Position numbers and translations under genes: made by a program
Notes under the pieces: generated by a model
The model's database searches: none
Seen by the model: only the letters and a program-made list of their open reading frames with translations
Told to the model about the DNA's origin: nothing
Shown here: positions 12,621 through 25,230 of the stretch, in pieces
Layout: every line of letters begins with the position of its first letter
How positions within the stretch are numbered: position 1 is the first letter of the stretch
Source of the DNA: Dicyema japonicum
Taxonomy: Eukaryota; Animalia; Dicyemida
Reading direction: 5' to 3'
NCBI GenBank assembly: GCA_011109175.1
Contig: RDEW01000033.1
Location: 596,207 to 660,206, forward strand
Length of the DNA stretch: 64,000 bases

Positions 12621-13161
12621 GCTAATAATAATTATTCAAAAAATTATGTTAGTTATATAATTCGTCGGATTTGACACGGGTGATGGCAAGAGGCTAGATT
12701 GCGTATGCCGTAGAACCAAAGGAGTGTCGATTGGGATTCAACGTGCACAGACACTGAAGGAATCCCCTCAACTCATCGTTGGTTCTGCAGCAAGTATTTC
12801 TGAAGATTTGAAATGGAGGAAGTACCGTGATATTGGGATCGATTCGCCTTCCACCCGATCTCCGTTGAGACGTCGGCGTGCTTGTCCCCAGCACAACAAA
12901 ATTCACCAGGTTGATTAGGTGGTTTGCAGGACTGAGAAAGGAAGAGCCTATAATGGCACAATAGCTCTTCCACAACATCGGGCTCGCGATCATGAAGGGT
13001 AACTCCTATTGTGTGCTTAATGCCTGAAAATTGACTTTTAATTAATTTTCTTGAATTTATTTATATTCTGCCTACTTATTACAGTCATCTACCAAAATAA
13101 TCATTTTATAAATTTAAACAAAACACATTTATAAATAAATATTAGTAAACATAAGCAAAAA

Positions 13162-14190
13162 TCATATAAAGTAGGGAGTAATAATTCCAGCAGGTATGAC
13201 TCTGTCCTGATCGGGGACCGCATCAAACACCATCACAGACCTAGTGAGGTCACAGTTTATCCTCATAATGGCTGCCTGATTTCCACACCGGTAACAATAG
13301 TTGGGGGCTGACCAGATTGTCACAACCTTATCATCAAACATGTACTTGATCCCTAAACTCACAATCGCCACCAACCCTCATTCACCAACTGGTGGGCTCG
13401 GCAGATCAGAGAGAGCTCGTTTACACGACAAAACTACGATTACTAAAATCACTACTGAGTTGGCCACCGAGGATCCAAATAGCCAACCTGCCCCTCGTGG
13501 GCTTATACTCCAAGACTCGACCTCTTCTGGATCAGACCAAAGAAGATCAGAGAAAGCCCCTGTGTTAGGAACTTCTTGATTTCTGTTGAGTAATCTGACC
13601 TGGTCGAGGGTATTCAAGTGCGGACTGAGGCCTCCGTGTACACAAAACACGTGCCCACCGACAATCTAAAATTTCCATATAATAATACAGCAGTAAGAGT
13701 GAGGTAGTCGAAGACCTCACAGCAGTGTCTCCAGGCGGATGAATTCCCGTACTTATTGAGACATTCGTCGTAAAATCCATAGACCTTGGTAATGTTCCGC
13801 GTCTCATGGTTTCCCCGGATAAGGGTAATCCTGTTGGGGCACTTTGCCTTGAGCAGGAGAAGGTAAGTCAGTGTCTCAAGACTGTAATGACCCCTGTCCA
13901 CGTAGTCACCCTGAATCGGTCAAAACTATTACCAGAAATATGTAATTTGTGGTTTCCACGTCACCCCCGATTTCAAAGAGCCGGATCAGGTCGTAAAACT
14001 GACCGTGAATGTCCCCACAAATTGTCACGGGAAGATCTACTCGTTGGACGTTGGACTCCTCCATTAGAATCTCAATAACATAGCTGCAGAGGTTCTAGGC
14101 GAATTAAACTAAAAGTGATACTCTGAGACAAGATTCCGGGAGATATTTGCATTCCTTGCAAATTGAGATCCATTTATCGAGATCACACAT
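13162..14190 (-). CDS. PPP6C: Serine/threonine protein phosphatase 6 catalytic subunit (Sit4/PP6), 5 micro-introns
   Basis: Uninterrupted spliced [22 protein letters not shown]... GDIHGQ... GDYVDRG... RGNHE... [12 protein letters not shown]... [12 protein letters not shown]... TPYFI-stop. Introns of 27, 22, 23, 22 and 23 nt. Confidence 0.93.
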
Positions 14191-14304
14191 CAAACAATTT
14201 TTAAAAAGATAAAAAATAGCATTTAATTATTAAAAACTTAATCCTCTAAAATATTATATCGATTATATTAAATAATCAGTTAATTTATCCCCAGTAAAGC
14301 ATAT

Positions 14305-15120
14305 TTAAAACTGCCATCCATCCAAAGTGGACCCCGCCGACATTATCGACGTTGCGTTGCCTCTCACGATTGCAACAGAGATCAACTGGAGTAGCCACCG
14401 GGTCTCACGTGCGTCGTGGCTTTTTAGTGTAGCTAAGCGTCCAAGTTTCTTTAGGAAGCGAAGCGATTTTCCACTTATTCCTCCAGTTGTCTCGACCACT
14501 ATCGGATAAAACGCGAATCGGTCGCGTAGCGCTTCGTACTTCTTCTCCTTTGCCATCATCGTTTTTTCCGCGGAATACAGTGTGTCTACCGCGCTCCCGA
14601 CAATGTTGGACGGGCAAAGCGTGTCGACACAAGTAGCGTCCCAGACCAAAGGTTTCCCCTCTTCGAATGGGAAAATTGTGATCCCGTCGGGACGTTTTCC
14701 GTCTCCTCTGTCCAGACCAACAGGTTCTAGTATGGCTGGGTATCCCGCAGACTCCAGGGCTCGCTTGACAATTCCGTTGATCGCCTTGTGTCTTGGGAAT
14801 CGTCCTGCACTCCTTCGACAAGAGAGGGCATGGAGTCCATAACAATCGACGGTTGCGCCACATCGGCATTTGTGGGTCCGGCAAATCTCCAGTCCAAGTC
14901 TGGTGGAGATGCCGATGCGGACAGTATCGTCGTCAAGATGGGTCCCGACACTGCCAACTGGGAGTGCATTGATCCATGCGCCACTCGATTCGCATCTTCC
15001 AGTGACTAGACATGCACGTCTGTGTTGGTTTGATTGGTTCAGAAGCCTCTCATATTTATCCTCGCAGATGGTCCTGTAACGATCTTTCTGCTCAGGCATC
15101 ATCCCCTTCAAATGCTCCAT
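14305..15120 (-). CDS. Intact 271-aa CCHC zinc knuckle plus restriction-like endonuclease (RLE) ORF derived from a CRE-like retrotransposon, no RT domain
   Basis: SGAWINALP, CRCGATVDCYGLHALSC, GRFPRHKAIN, KRPDG...WDATCVDT, KEKKY and VAIVRGNA motifs. No stops or frameshifts. Confidence 0.85.
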   Translation of the reverse strand: MEHLKGMMPEQKDRYRTICEDKYERLLNQSNQHRRACLVTGRCESSGAWINALPVGSVGTHLDDDTVRIGISTRLGLEICRTHKCRCGATVDCYGLHALSCRRSAGRFPRHKAINGIVKRALESAGYPAILEPVGLDRGDGKRPDGITIFPFEEGKPLVWDATCVDTLCPSNIVGSAVDTLYSAEKTMMAKEKKYEALRDRFAFYPIVVETTGGISGKSLRFLKKLGRLATLKSHDARETRWLLQLISVAIVRGNATSIMSAGSTLDGWQF

Positions 15121-15199
15121 CTCTGTGATTTCAGATGATTAATTAAAATAAATAAAAACTTAATTAAAATAAATAAATTTAAAATTAATAAACATTTTG

Positions 15200-15375
15200 C
15201 GGCTAGATTCCGGGATGAATCAAAGCACCTTTGCAAACAGTCGCCGATTCGTACATGTGTGGGATCGAGAAAGGAACATCGGGCAAAGATGAGAACTTTA
15301 TTCGAACATATCGGGATCACGTGATAATTAGTTATGATTTTTGACCGTGGTCTTGGGGTGTTTAAATAAATAAAC
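15200..15375 (+). mobile_element. LINE 3' end (GIT-stop family)
   Basis: KEHRAKMRTLFEHIGIT-stop, terminal stem-loop, (TAAA)n tail. Confidence 0.75.
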
Positions 15376-16099
15376 ATTTCGTTGACGGCCTTGCTGTCAA
15401 CCACGTGGCTTGAATTATGTGATATCGTCATTATCGCAAAGACACCGTCCCACTGAAATTTTCACTGAACGAAGGGGCTCAGTAATTTTCAGGGGATGAA
15501 CCATTTTCTTTGTCTTCTTATCTCTTTGGGTAGCAACAACCTCTGGACTCCTTATTGGATTCCGTATAGGTGGAGTCACATCATAATTGTGTCAGTTTCA
15601 GAACTGACAGAATAAGCGACCAGAATCAAATAAATCACGAAAACTGTCTCCAAATGCACATTTATGTTAACTGACATTACACAACGTAGCTTTGATCATT
15701 GGCATTTGAACTCACGGACTTGAACGTCAAAAAATATTTGGCGTCGCTAATCAGCTGGTCTGTCGAATACGAAAAGATGAGTGACCATAACCAGATCTTT
15801 TTGAACTTTAAAACACAAAGTTCTCAAATAATTCTGGCAACCCTAATCATCTATGACCTCACCAATTAGAAAGGCTTAAATAATACGACGTAGGACTCAT
15901 GGAAGCCGACCATCCGACCTCCATCAACGAAATGGTTAAATGTAAGATTATCTGCAATGCAAGGAAACGAATCATCTCAATGATATCATCCCTTTCCCTC
16001 CAGATACTTTGAGTAAAAATAAAACAAAAAATAAAAGAACCAAACAAGGGGAAGTCCTCAGCCGACAATCCTGATAATCCAGAATCCATTTCCTCAACA

Positions 16100-17090
16100 A
16101 GGAAATTACCAAATCTTAAAAGACAAAAGCGTGAAACGTTGTGAGAAGCTATCCAAAGTTCTCATTGGAAACCCTTCTATGAAGGAGTTCTGGAACAAAA
16201 TTAAATTTTAAGAGGTCCACCACCGATCGACACAAAGATGTCCATGTGGAATCAAACTCCTTAATGAAGTTTTGTACATCTATATCCCACAAAAACTCGA
16301 ACGACCACCAAGTCTATCTGAAGAAGATAAATCAAGACAATCAAATTATTGTACCTGGTATGAAATCCGACGAGCATTCTCAACCAGTGGAGGTCATAGA
16401 AGAAATGCTTGATTCTGACCCCATATTTTCTCATCTACGGATTGAGATTTTCCCAACAAAATCATTTGTAACATTGTTTACTACGTGTAAACGGAACGAC
16501 AACATCAAAACAATAATCCTCCTTAATAATAAGATTATTAAAATGAATAGCACACAAACATCATGGGAGTTATGTTTGACCAGGGACTTTCTTATCCCTA
16601 ACATGTTTTGACAGTCCTGGATTAAGAGAATGATAATCCTAAAATCGTCTTAAAAGCTCTTGGAGCAATGCTGGATCTCTTACTAATATCTAAGACAATT
16701 TGCCTGACCAGTAGTGACTATGAGAGTGCAACGTGGTTAATGGACATTTCCCATACCTCAATGAATAAATTGAACAAGATCCACGAAGCTATCAACAGAA
16801 TTATCGGCCATAATTTACAGTCTACGACTTTTGAATCACTTCTACTCAAACCACAACGAAAATTAGTGAGGGAGACAAATTTAAAAAAGTGCCTTTACGA
16901 CATTGTTATCAAATACATCAAAAATCACTAGAGATACAAAATGACTCAGAACCCTATATGGAGAGCGGTTCAGAATGTCAAAATGCCGTCCAACCTTCAA
17001 ATTCTCATCTTAGTCTGATGTTCCCCCTCGAGCACACTCAAGCACGTATGTTACCAGTGGATGCTTTCCCTTTTTGTGATATAATTGGAT
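16100..17090 (+). mobile_element. Heavily degraded LINE ORF2 remnant
   Basis: YESATWLMDISHTSMNKLNKIHEAINRIIG resembles an RT C-terminal region. Multiple stops. Confidence 0.4.
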
Positions 17091-17094
17091 ATAC

Positions 17095-17480
17095 CAATGG
17101 TGGTGTATATGTTATGTTATCCAAATTAAGTCGTGTCCGACCCTTGAGATCTCATGAACCAATTTTCTCCACTCTCTCCGATCCGTCGCAATTTGGAGTA
17201 GCCTTGATATAGGCATTCCCATGACGTCTTCTACCGTGGATAGCCACTGAGTCCTCGGTCGACCAGGTCTTCTCTTCCCAGTAATATTGCTCACCATAAT
17301 GGTTCTTTCCAGGGAATCAGAGCGGACAACATGCCCAAAGAACGCCAATCTGTGTTTTTTCTATTCTTCCTTCTAGCGAAATGTATGCCTCCACCCGTTT
17401 GAGTACATCGGTGTTTGTTATTTTGGAAGTCCAAGGGATTCTTAGTAAACTCCTCCAGCACCAAAGTTCAAAAGCATCAA
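17095..17480 (-). mobile_element. RTE-BovB-like LINE 3' fragment
   Basis: DAFELWCWRSLLRIPWT, FFGHVVRSDSLERTIM, GKRRPGRPRTQW and a terminal GGGTCGGACACGACT motif typical of BovB-like RTE ends. Confidence 0.8.
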
Positions 17481-17529
17481 TTTTTCATCTATCCGCCTTT
17501 TTGTGAGTATAATGTAATATATTATCACG

Positions 17530-19430
17530 CCCTAAAATTAGATCACTACCCGAACATGCCAGATATTGCAAATCATTGCAGAGAGCTACGCTAAAAGGCA
17601 AACACGTCAGACGAGAGTAAAAAAAAGAGCTTAATATCCAACAAAGGGAACTAAATGGAAAATCAAAAAGATGAACAGAAAACACTCACGGGAAATTATT
17701 ACATCCCGATTAAAAGATGTGGAATGCCTAAAGACAATTCAAGGATGTATGCGGCTTTGCGGCTGCTGCGGACAAAGAAAGGACAAAACACCCTTCACAT
17801 CAAAGACAAAGATGGAAAATTCGTGGGTAACCCGGAAAAAAAGCAGAATTGATTGCACTACACTTCGAAACACTGTTGAATAAAGAAAATAAGGACTTTC
17901 CCCCTTTCCAAGGAGAAGCAACGGCGCTAAAAATCCCAATCACAGTGGAAGAGGTGGAATTAACGAAATAAACTAAAGAACAACAAGAGTGCTAGGCCGG
18001 ATAACATAAGCCCTGAGCTCCTAAAATATGGGCCAAAAAAACTTAGCGACACAATTGCAAAAACCTTAAATGACATCTTTGAAACTGATACCGATCTAGG
18101 ACTTGGAAATGGATTATTAATACCCATACAAAAACCGAACAAATCAAAGGGACCAATAAAAAATCTCCACCCGATAATACTTCTGAATTCGATACGCAAG
18201 GTGCTGGCAAACATTGCACTAAGCCGGATAAAGGGTATGGCGGACCTACCAGCAAGTCAAAGTGGGTTCCGAACAGGGAGGTCTACGGCAGACATTGTAT
18301 GGAGCCACAGATGGCGCTGCGCAACGCACCAAAGATTCAAGAGCGCAACGACCGTGTTGGGAATAGATCTTTCCAGAGCTTTCGACTCAATACAGACAGA
18401 AACTGATAAATGTGCTTGAAAATATTGGATGAATCGTCGGTTAGGATAATCAGTCTACTACTTGCGAACACAAGACTATCTGTGAGGACAGAAGGAGCAA
18501 CTTCCCGCAGTTTCAAAACAACGATTGGGACACCCCAAGGTGATTCCCTTTCCCTTTACTATTCACCATATACCATGAATCTGCACTCCGCGATCTCCGT
18601 AAATGCTACATAGGAGACATAGAAGAGACATCTTAAGCGGATGATGTAGATTTCGAATCACGGGATGCGACCGAACTCCATCACCTACTAGAAAATGCAC
18701 CTGCGGAGCTTGAGAAATGGTTTCTCAGCGTAAATGAAAACAAAACTGAAATTAAGGAAATCAAAAGAGAAAACTAAATTACTCATGAAAGATGGATACG
18801 TAGTAATAAGCTCGGCTCTCTACTAGGAGACGCTACTAAGGAGGAAAACACTGGAAAATGCGGCAATGGCTAAACTGAAGAAAGGATGGCTAAGAGCCAA
18901 AGGACATGGAATTGACATCAGATGCATGCTTTACAACGGGTTTGTGAAACCGATCCTACTGTACAACGCTGGAACATAGGGAAGTTCCTTCAACGAACTA
19001 TTGAAACTGGATTCATTTCATAGAAAGGAACTAAGAAGCTTACTCAGAATGGAGTGGCCACGTAGAATATCAACCACTGGTATTTACAACAAGTGTATGT
19101 GATTTACATCAGCAAGGATGTGATAGATGTCCGGTGGAGGGTATTTGGGCATGTACTAAGAATGAACCCGGACCCACTCGCTAACAAAGCTATAGAAGAT
19201 TACTTTGACAGACGAAAACCCTTCCGCACGATTAGATCGACACTTCCGACTGCCTTAAACAAAGACCTAAATCGTGTGAGAAAAAATCTAAAGACGGGTG
19301 ACGACCTGGACGAATTGAGATCACTCGCATTCGATAGAGGAAGATGGAAAAGACTAACTATAAATATTGTTTCTTTGAGTGTTCCACATGCGGGGCTATA
19401 AACACTATGGCTTTCGTGAAAGGTGCCATA
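17530..19430 (+). mobile_element. RTE-like LINE, longest RT-bearing copy in the window, degraded
   Basis: KSARPDNISPELLKYG, QSGFRTGRSTAD, GIDLSRAFDSI, GTPQGDSLS, RWRVFGHVLR motifs, with frameshifts and stops. Confidence 0.88.
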
Positions 19431-19899
19431 ATAATAATGTAATCTATACTGCCACTGACACGTCTTGTATCGCTTTATAGATTGCATGTGCTTATTCTGT
19501 TCTACTTGATTCCTAAAAACTCATATGAAAAGACATCAAAAGCCTCCATTGAGCAGCCACAAAGCCTTTAACGTTCAAGATTCATTGAAGATTGCAGAGG
19601 AGATGTTGCAAGAAATGCGTGAAAATTCCCTGATCATTACTTTTTAATTATTTTATTTTTAAAAAAAAGATTAATGATTTTAAATAAAATAAATAAACCC
19701 GGGCGTAATACCTAATGTGATCACAATATGGTAATATTAGGAATAAGAAAATCGAATCCGTAATAAAGAAGTTTGTCAAATCCTTGCCTACCCCACTCAA
19801 ATTACCCAAAGAAGGACTTTCAAAGTAGTTAAAGCTCTTTTTGTTAGATTGGTAAACTGCCGCCAACTAGACTGGCTGTGGCCAATTCTCTCAGAATGT

Positions 19900-21480
19900 G
19901 TGATGGAGGAAAAGCATGATTTTTAAATTACGTTTAGAGAGGTTTTACAAGTCAGGACTAATCTTTCAATGTATTCTCTATATAATTAACTAGATATGCG
20001 AGAACTGATTTGACACGTGGGCTCACCACTGCAGAGTCACTTTCCCGACTGATTTCGTTTCTTTCAGCTGTGAATAGACGACTGGATGGTCTTATTGAGA
20101 ATGTCAAGACACAACTGGTTGTCTCCAATCAGATTTGTGACTTGGAGAGAGGGACTGTCTCTCATTTGATGTGGATGTCTACGGAGAGATCTGTCGTGAA
20201 ATAACCGACCAAATCAAAACCAGAATATGTCAACAGAAAACTGAGAGAGTTGGGAAGGAACTGCTTCAAGCAGAGGATGACTTAAAAGCCTGTGGGACCG
20301 AGTCATCCATGTTGGCTAGAGTAGCTCTGATGGTTTGGGACTCTGTTATTCTCAGAAATTGTTGAATGAGTATAATATGGAGCACGAGAAGATGACTGCC
20401 CTTAATAGTGAACGTGATCAGCTGCTTGAAACTGTCACTGGAGAACTGTGTTCAAGGTTAACTCGAAGGGACCTCCATGTGACTGAGGAGAGACTCAGAG
20501 ATATGGTTGTCGATCACTTTAATAATTATAGCTCGCATTTGTTGGAAATGCGGCAAAAACTAGACGAATTAAGGACTATTCGGGGATCAGTCACACTTCC
20601 AAACCAGTAATTAACCACGTGATCGAGGGTAACTTCGATGTTTGTCGGAGATTGGTGTGTGCTGAACAACTCCTTCGACAGATCCTCGACCTTGTAGGAA
20701 GGGTTAAAATGTCTTTATTCTAGCTGACGCAAATATCCGTGGAGAACGACTGGATTTTGCGGGAGGCCTTCAGGGGAAACTGTTCGGACCTCTTCTCTGC
20801 TGTTATTCGGTCTTTGAAGTCCCACATGGATCAGTTAAGTAATCTTACTAGGCATGCTGTAAGCACGTGTGTGGTAAATCTTCCTTATTCCCCGATTAGT
20901 ATCGAATCTTGTGGAGTGGAAGGTATTTGGTTAATTATGTAGATATTGCGTTGGGGATGAACTAGGAAAGGTTGAGAGCACCTTGAAGGACTATTGTGCT
21001 GTTTGGGAGAACAAACTGCGTTGTATTGATAATTCTAAATCTATTTTTGATTGATAATTTGTGGGCTGCTGTCTAATATTTTTGAAAGTTCTCGTTTGAA
21101 CTAAAGTTATTCAGGAAAGACAAATTGACACTTTAGGAGTTATACAGCAACTTCCATGATTGTTTGGCTAAGGATTGCAAACAAATTCACTCAAATAGGT
21201 AGCAGCGGAGATTCCCGATGTCGAGATTCGATTCTCAGTCGACTCAGGAATTCGGACGTCGAGGGCGAAATGGAACAGTATATTTCTAGTAGGAGTGGAA
21301 CGAACATAACATCATCGGGTTTGTGGCGTATTTTGTTTCTTTTGATCACTTGTCCTTTTCGGAGGTCGAGCACGTCTTGAAGCACTTTGGTGTAGGTGTT
21401 TGGGGCTAATGTTTCGGTCCAGTTATCTTTGATTTTTGATATTCTTTTTGCTCAAGCTTTACGGAGTTTTTTATTTGCTT
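19900..21480 (+). CDS. Unidentified probable coiled-coil protein gene with micro-introns; boundaries approximate
   Basis: Successive helical ORF segments are joinable by GT-AG micro-introns, e.g. GTTTGGGACTCTGTTATTCTCAG (23 nt) joining ...ARVALM to KLLNEYNMEHEK. No recognisable family. Confidence 0.45.
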
Positions 21481-22269
21481 TGGACATCTACCCTTACTCA
21501 CTGAGGGAGTTCACAAGACTGAAAGGACTGGACACTTAAAGAACCTTTGACGGTTTCCTAAATATTTTTATTTATTGTCGCATTTTGGGATGTAAAGCTC
21601 GATTACTAAAGCAAACCTCAAATAAAATATCATCAGTAGACTCCGTTTATGATTTTGATGTCTGCCGTTCTTTTAAGTATCCCCCGTATCTCCAGGAGGA
21701 AGGCTAATGACTCCTTAGAGATTAATTCAACAATTAACCCTTCTGGGTAAAAATTACCTGTCTGACTACAAGAAAAAGGAACATCTATGAAATACTAAAG
21801 CACATGGAACGATATTAGCGTATTTTTGCACGTGGTAAGACAAATTCAAGATACATTGAAAAATGTTGGCTTTTCTTTTTCATATGAACACCAAATTCTT
21901 AGGTTTTATTAACTCTGTGGTGCAGTTTCTCTCAGATATACTTTTAATGTGAACTGGTCTTAATGTATACTTAGAGCCAATATTACGTACTGGTTTTGGC
22001 TCCAATGATCTCCAGTTGATTTATTTTCAAAAAAATCGATTCAAGTAACTGACTAACAACTTTAATATTACCAGATTTGTAGTTAGTTTGTTGGGTTTTT
22101 GATAAAGTTATTTATCTAAGCATATCATTTGCTCCTCTTAAAGTCGAAAATAAATTTTACTCATGATTTGCATGGAAATGTGCTCAATAAGCCAGCTTCT
22201 CTCTTAGTTATGTTTGAGACCGTAGTGTTTTAATGCAAGATATTTGTGTGCCATAATAATCTCTCATAA

Positions 22270-23220
22270 AGGATAAGATGGGTATATGGGGCCCATTTAT
22301 CTTTTGGACGAATGTCTTGAAGATCGAGGCTAGTAGGAAAAGAGCCTCCAAAATCACCACGAGGAAGTGATCCACGTCGAAATTCAAATTTGGACACGAA
22401 AAAACACATTGAAACTTATTCAAACAGTTCTTCAGAACTACTCTGAACTATGCTAGTTCCTGCTGGTGATTCCCACTAAAATTTACAAAAACTTCTAAAA
22501 ATCGTGGTTTGCGATTAATTACCAGTTGTAGCTTGCGTATACCTGTATACCATCTACATTGGGAAATTATTTCTCCTAAACATACAATTTCTCAATGTCT
22601 TAACAAATCCTCTGCATCCCTGCAATGACTTAACCGAAACAAAATATTTAAGACATTGTTTCTACGGCCATAGACAGCAGACGGATGCTAATGAAGATTC
22701 CTCCACAATTTTAAAAAGTCCCCCACGACGATCCACAATTTGTATCAACTAAGGCCATTCGTTGACTAAAAGAAATGCCCTCTTAGACAGTTTCCCCCAA
22801 TATATGCTTCAGAAGCTTCCTCATAAAGAATCTAGAAAAATTCTATCGCAAATTCGCTCCAGATATTTTCATCTCTGAAGTGGATCAGAGTTTGGATCCC
22901 TTGAAGGTATTATCAATAAAATTCAACACTCTCAGTTGGACGTTTGATGGCAGCCGACCTCCGACATGTTAAGTGAGGTCCGGCAACTAACTAATGCAGC
23001 GTCCTCTACATAATAGCAACACTGTGTTTCGCGGACTGCTTTTGAGTTACTTCCCGCTTGTCTCTCAGTACGTGAACCGATCCAAAAAGTATTTCCCAAA
23101 TGCCCAAACAGCGTGGGTTGGGGTATTATTTCCAATGGACGAACTTTCTCAAAGATCTTGGAACAATATAACAATCACTTCACACTTTTGGAGACCATAA
23201 AAAACCTCAACCAACACCCC
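22270..23220 (+). mobile_element. Degraded LINE fragments; 22270-22370 repeats 56805-56900
   Basis: Shared TATGGGGCCCATTYATCTYTTGGAYGAATRTCTTGAAGATYGAGGCTAG...AAAAGAGCCTCCAAAATCAC segment and RT-like FSKILE remnant. Confidence 0.5.
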
Positions 23221-23249
23221 CTGATTCGTTTTAGTTCGGCATGCTTTCT

Positions 23250-23800
23250 TGTGAGGGTATAAACCAGAAAGAATCATTCTACGTGAGAGCATTCTTGTGA
23301 CCTCAGTAGTCTGCGGAGTCTGCCATCGAACAGGATTCTATGTTGTTGCTTTAATAAATGCATTCTAGTTGGTTGGATACCAATCCATGACGTCGGGACT
23401 ATTCTCGACAATGAAAGCCTTCACATTGGCAGCTAGTCCCTTGGTTTGGATGTTCGTGAGGCTCATGCCGACGCGGCAAGATAATTGATCGAAAAAGTAT
23501 CCACCCCCTCTCCTGAAAGAAGAGCCATGGAAGATTTCTCAGGCATGCGACCATAATGATATTATTAAATGTAGTCTGAAAAACTGTTGGATTCCTTTCC
23601 ATCATCGAACCTGTTGAACTAACTCTAGGGGATGGGAGAAAGCCGGGGATGACGATCTTTTGGCAAAGGAGGGTCCGTCGTATGGGTAACCTGTGTTGAT
23701 GCCTTTTCCTCGACGAATATGATACCCAGTACAAACTCGACCTGTTCGCGCTGTCTCCCCCGAATGAGGAAGTTCGTTGGTTCCGCGATCGCAATGCCAA
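23250..23800 (-). mobile_element. Degenerate CRE-like RLE fragment
   Basis: GIAIAEPT..., FNRFDDGKES..., GVDTFSINYLAASA align loosely to the RLE region of 14305-15120. Confidence 0.55.
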
Positions 23801-23855
23801 CTGTCTCTTGGCAGTTGGTGGCTGACTTGTTTCCTTTATCTAATAAAAATAATAA

Positions 23856-24359
23856 TCAAAACAAATTATAAAAATAATATAAAACATTGTCAAGATTTAA
23901 ATTTGTTAAAAAGTCGTAATTCCATCTCTTCCAATGACAAATCAGAACTTGAGGAATATTAATATCACAATTATCCCTCTCAGCTCGCACAGCTTCTGCA
24001 TTTGTCCTCCTTATTCTTTCCATTGTGTCAGTCTTTGGTGCTTTCCTGGAGGCCTCCTTTTCCCGCCTTTCAATGTCCTCTATCAATTTCTGCCGTTTCA
24101 CTGCCCGTTGACTATTTCTAATAGCAATTTCTCGGCGTGTTTTGTACAGTCTGTCATATTTTGACCTCAGTAGGGGATCTGTCAAGACATCCATACAATC
24201 AGCTAAAAGTTTGAACTCTTCAGCGGCCTTTTTGTCTCCTGAGCACTTATCGGGATGATATTTAAGGCATTTCTTCCTGTAAGCACGCCTTATTTCTTTA
24301 TCTGTAGAATCTATCGATACATCCAATCTTGAATAAATGTCCAACGAGAATACATCCAT
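23856..24359 (-). CDS. DNAJC17: J-domain protein, DNAJC17/Cwc23-like
   Basis: N-terminal J domain with HPD (LKYHPDKC), followed by the R/K-rich helix typical of DNAJC17/Cwc23. No RRM seen and the 3' end is uncertain. Confidence 0.7.
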   Translation of the reverse strand: MDVFSLDIYSRLDVSIDSTDKEIRRAYRKKCLKYHPDKCSGDKKAAEEFKLLADCMDVLTDPLLRSKYDRLYKTRREIAIRNSQRAVKRQKLIEDIERREKEASRKAPKTDTMERIRRTNAEAVRAERDNCDINIPQVLICHWKRWNYDFLTNLNLDNVLYYFYNLF

Positions 24360-24479
24360 ACTTTTTATTCAAATATTTATTAAATTAATTTTAAATTATT
24401 TAAATGAAAATTATTTTATTTTTTGTGGTTGTCTTTTTCGCCCGTTAAGTGGCCTTCATACAAGCCATCTCCCTAACCA

Positions 24480-25230
24480 GCACGTTATCAAAAATTTTTA
24501 AAAACTAGTACTATCGGTCATTACTGTGGATTTTTATCGATCTGCATTCCAACACGGTTTTCGATCTATCTCAATTCATTGCTGATGGATTTAATACTAC
24601 CCCACCACAATGGTCTCCATCGACATAAACAAGGCCTCCGACACAGTCCAGAGTAAACTTCTCATTTGGAAGATTTCGAAAGTACATCCAAACCTAAAGC
24701 TGCTAAGGGTCAACTTTTTTTGGAAGACGTGGAGAGTCATCTATGGTCACCTCAGATCAGAGTCATGACTACTACAAACGGAGTACCCAAGGTTTCTCCA
24801 TTTTTTCTACTCTCTTCAACCTATTCATATATCTTTACCAAATGATGGGGACGAAGACTCCTCTTTACTATCCTACGCGGATGATTTAATCATGGTAACA
24901 CGTCGACGCGAGTTACAATTTCTAATGCCCAGTTGAAAGTAAATATTGTCTACGATTGATTGCCAACCAACCGCCTTAAGATTTCGGCCGAAAAAACGGT
25001 ATGTACTTTATTGCCAGACCGTCGTTCCGAAGAAGATCTGAGAATTTTCATTGGGTCTGTTCAGATACCAGTAACAAGGTCTCCCTCAATTTATGGATTA
25101 AAGTACGAAAAGCTATTGAATTTAAACTCTCATGCGAAGAAAGTCCTCACTGTGCGTTGTATGTGCACTTGTCTGGAGGACTTCTTTGAACTGATGGTTG
25201 TGTTGCAACACTCTACAAGGAAATGATCGC
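24480..25230 (+). mobile_element. LINE reverse transcriptase fragment
   Basis: VSIDINKASDTV and LLSYADDLIMV motifs, similar to 38100-38800. Confidence 0.7.

Noticed and set aside
12690-13090. Possible small minus-strand gene downstream of PP6 (26-nt GT-AG segment, open frame)
   Set aside because: No start-to-stop model could be closed and no family was recognised.
14250-14310. Spliced-leader or snRNA target site flanking CRE-like copies
   Set aside because: No SL RNA or U snRNA-like sequence, and no shared flank among the four CRE-like copies.
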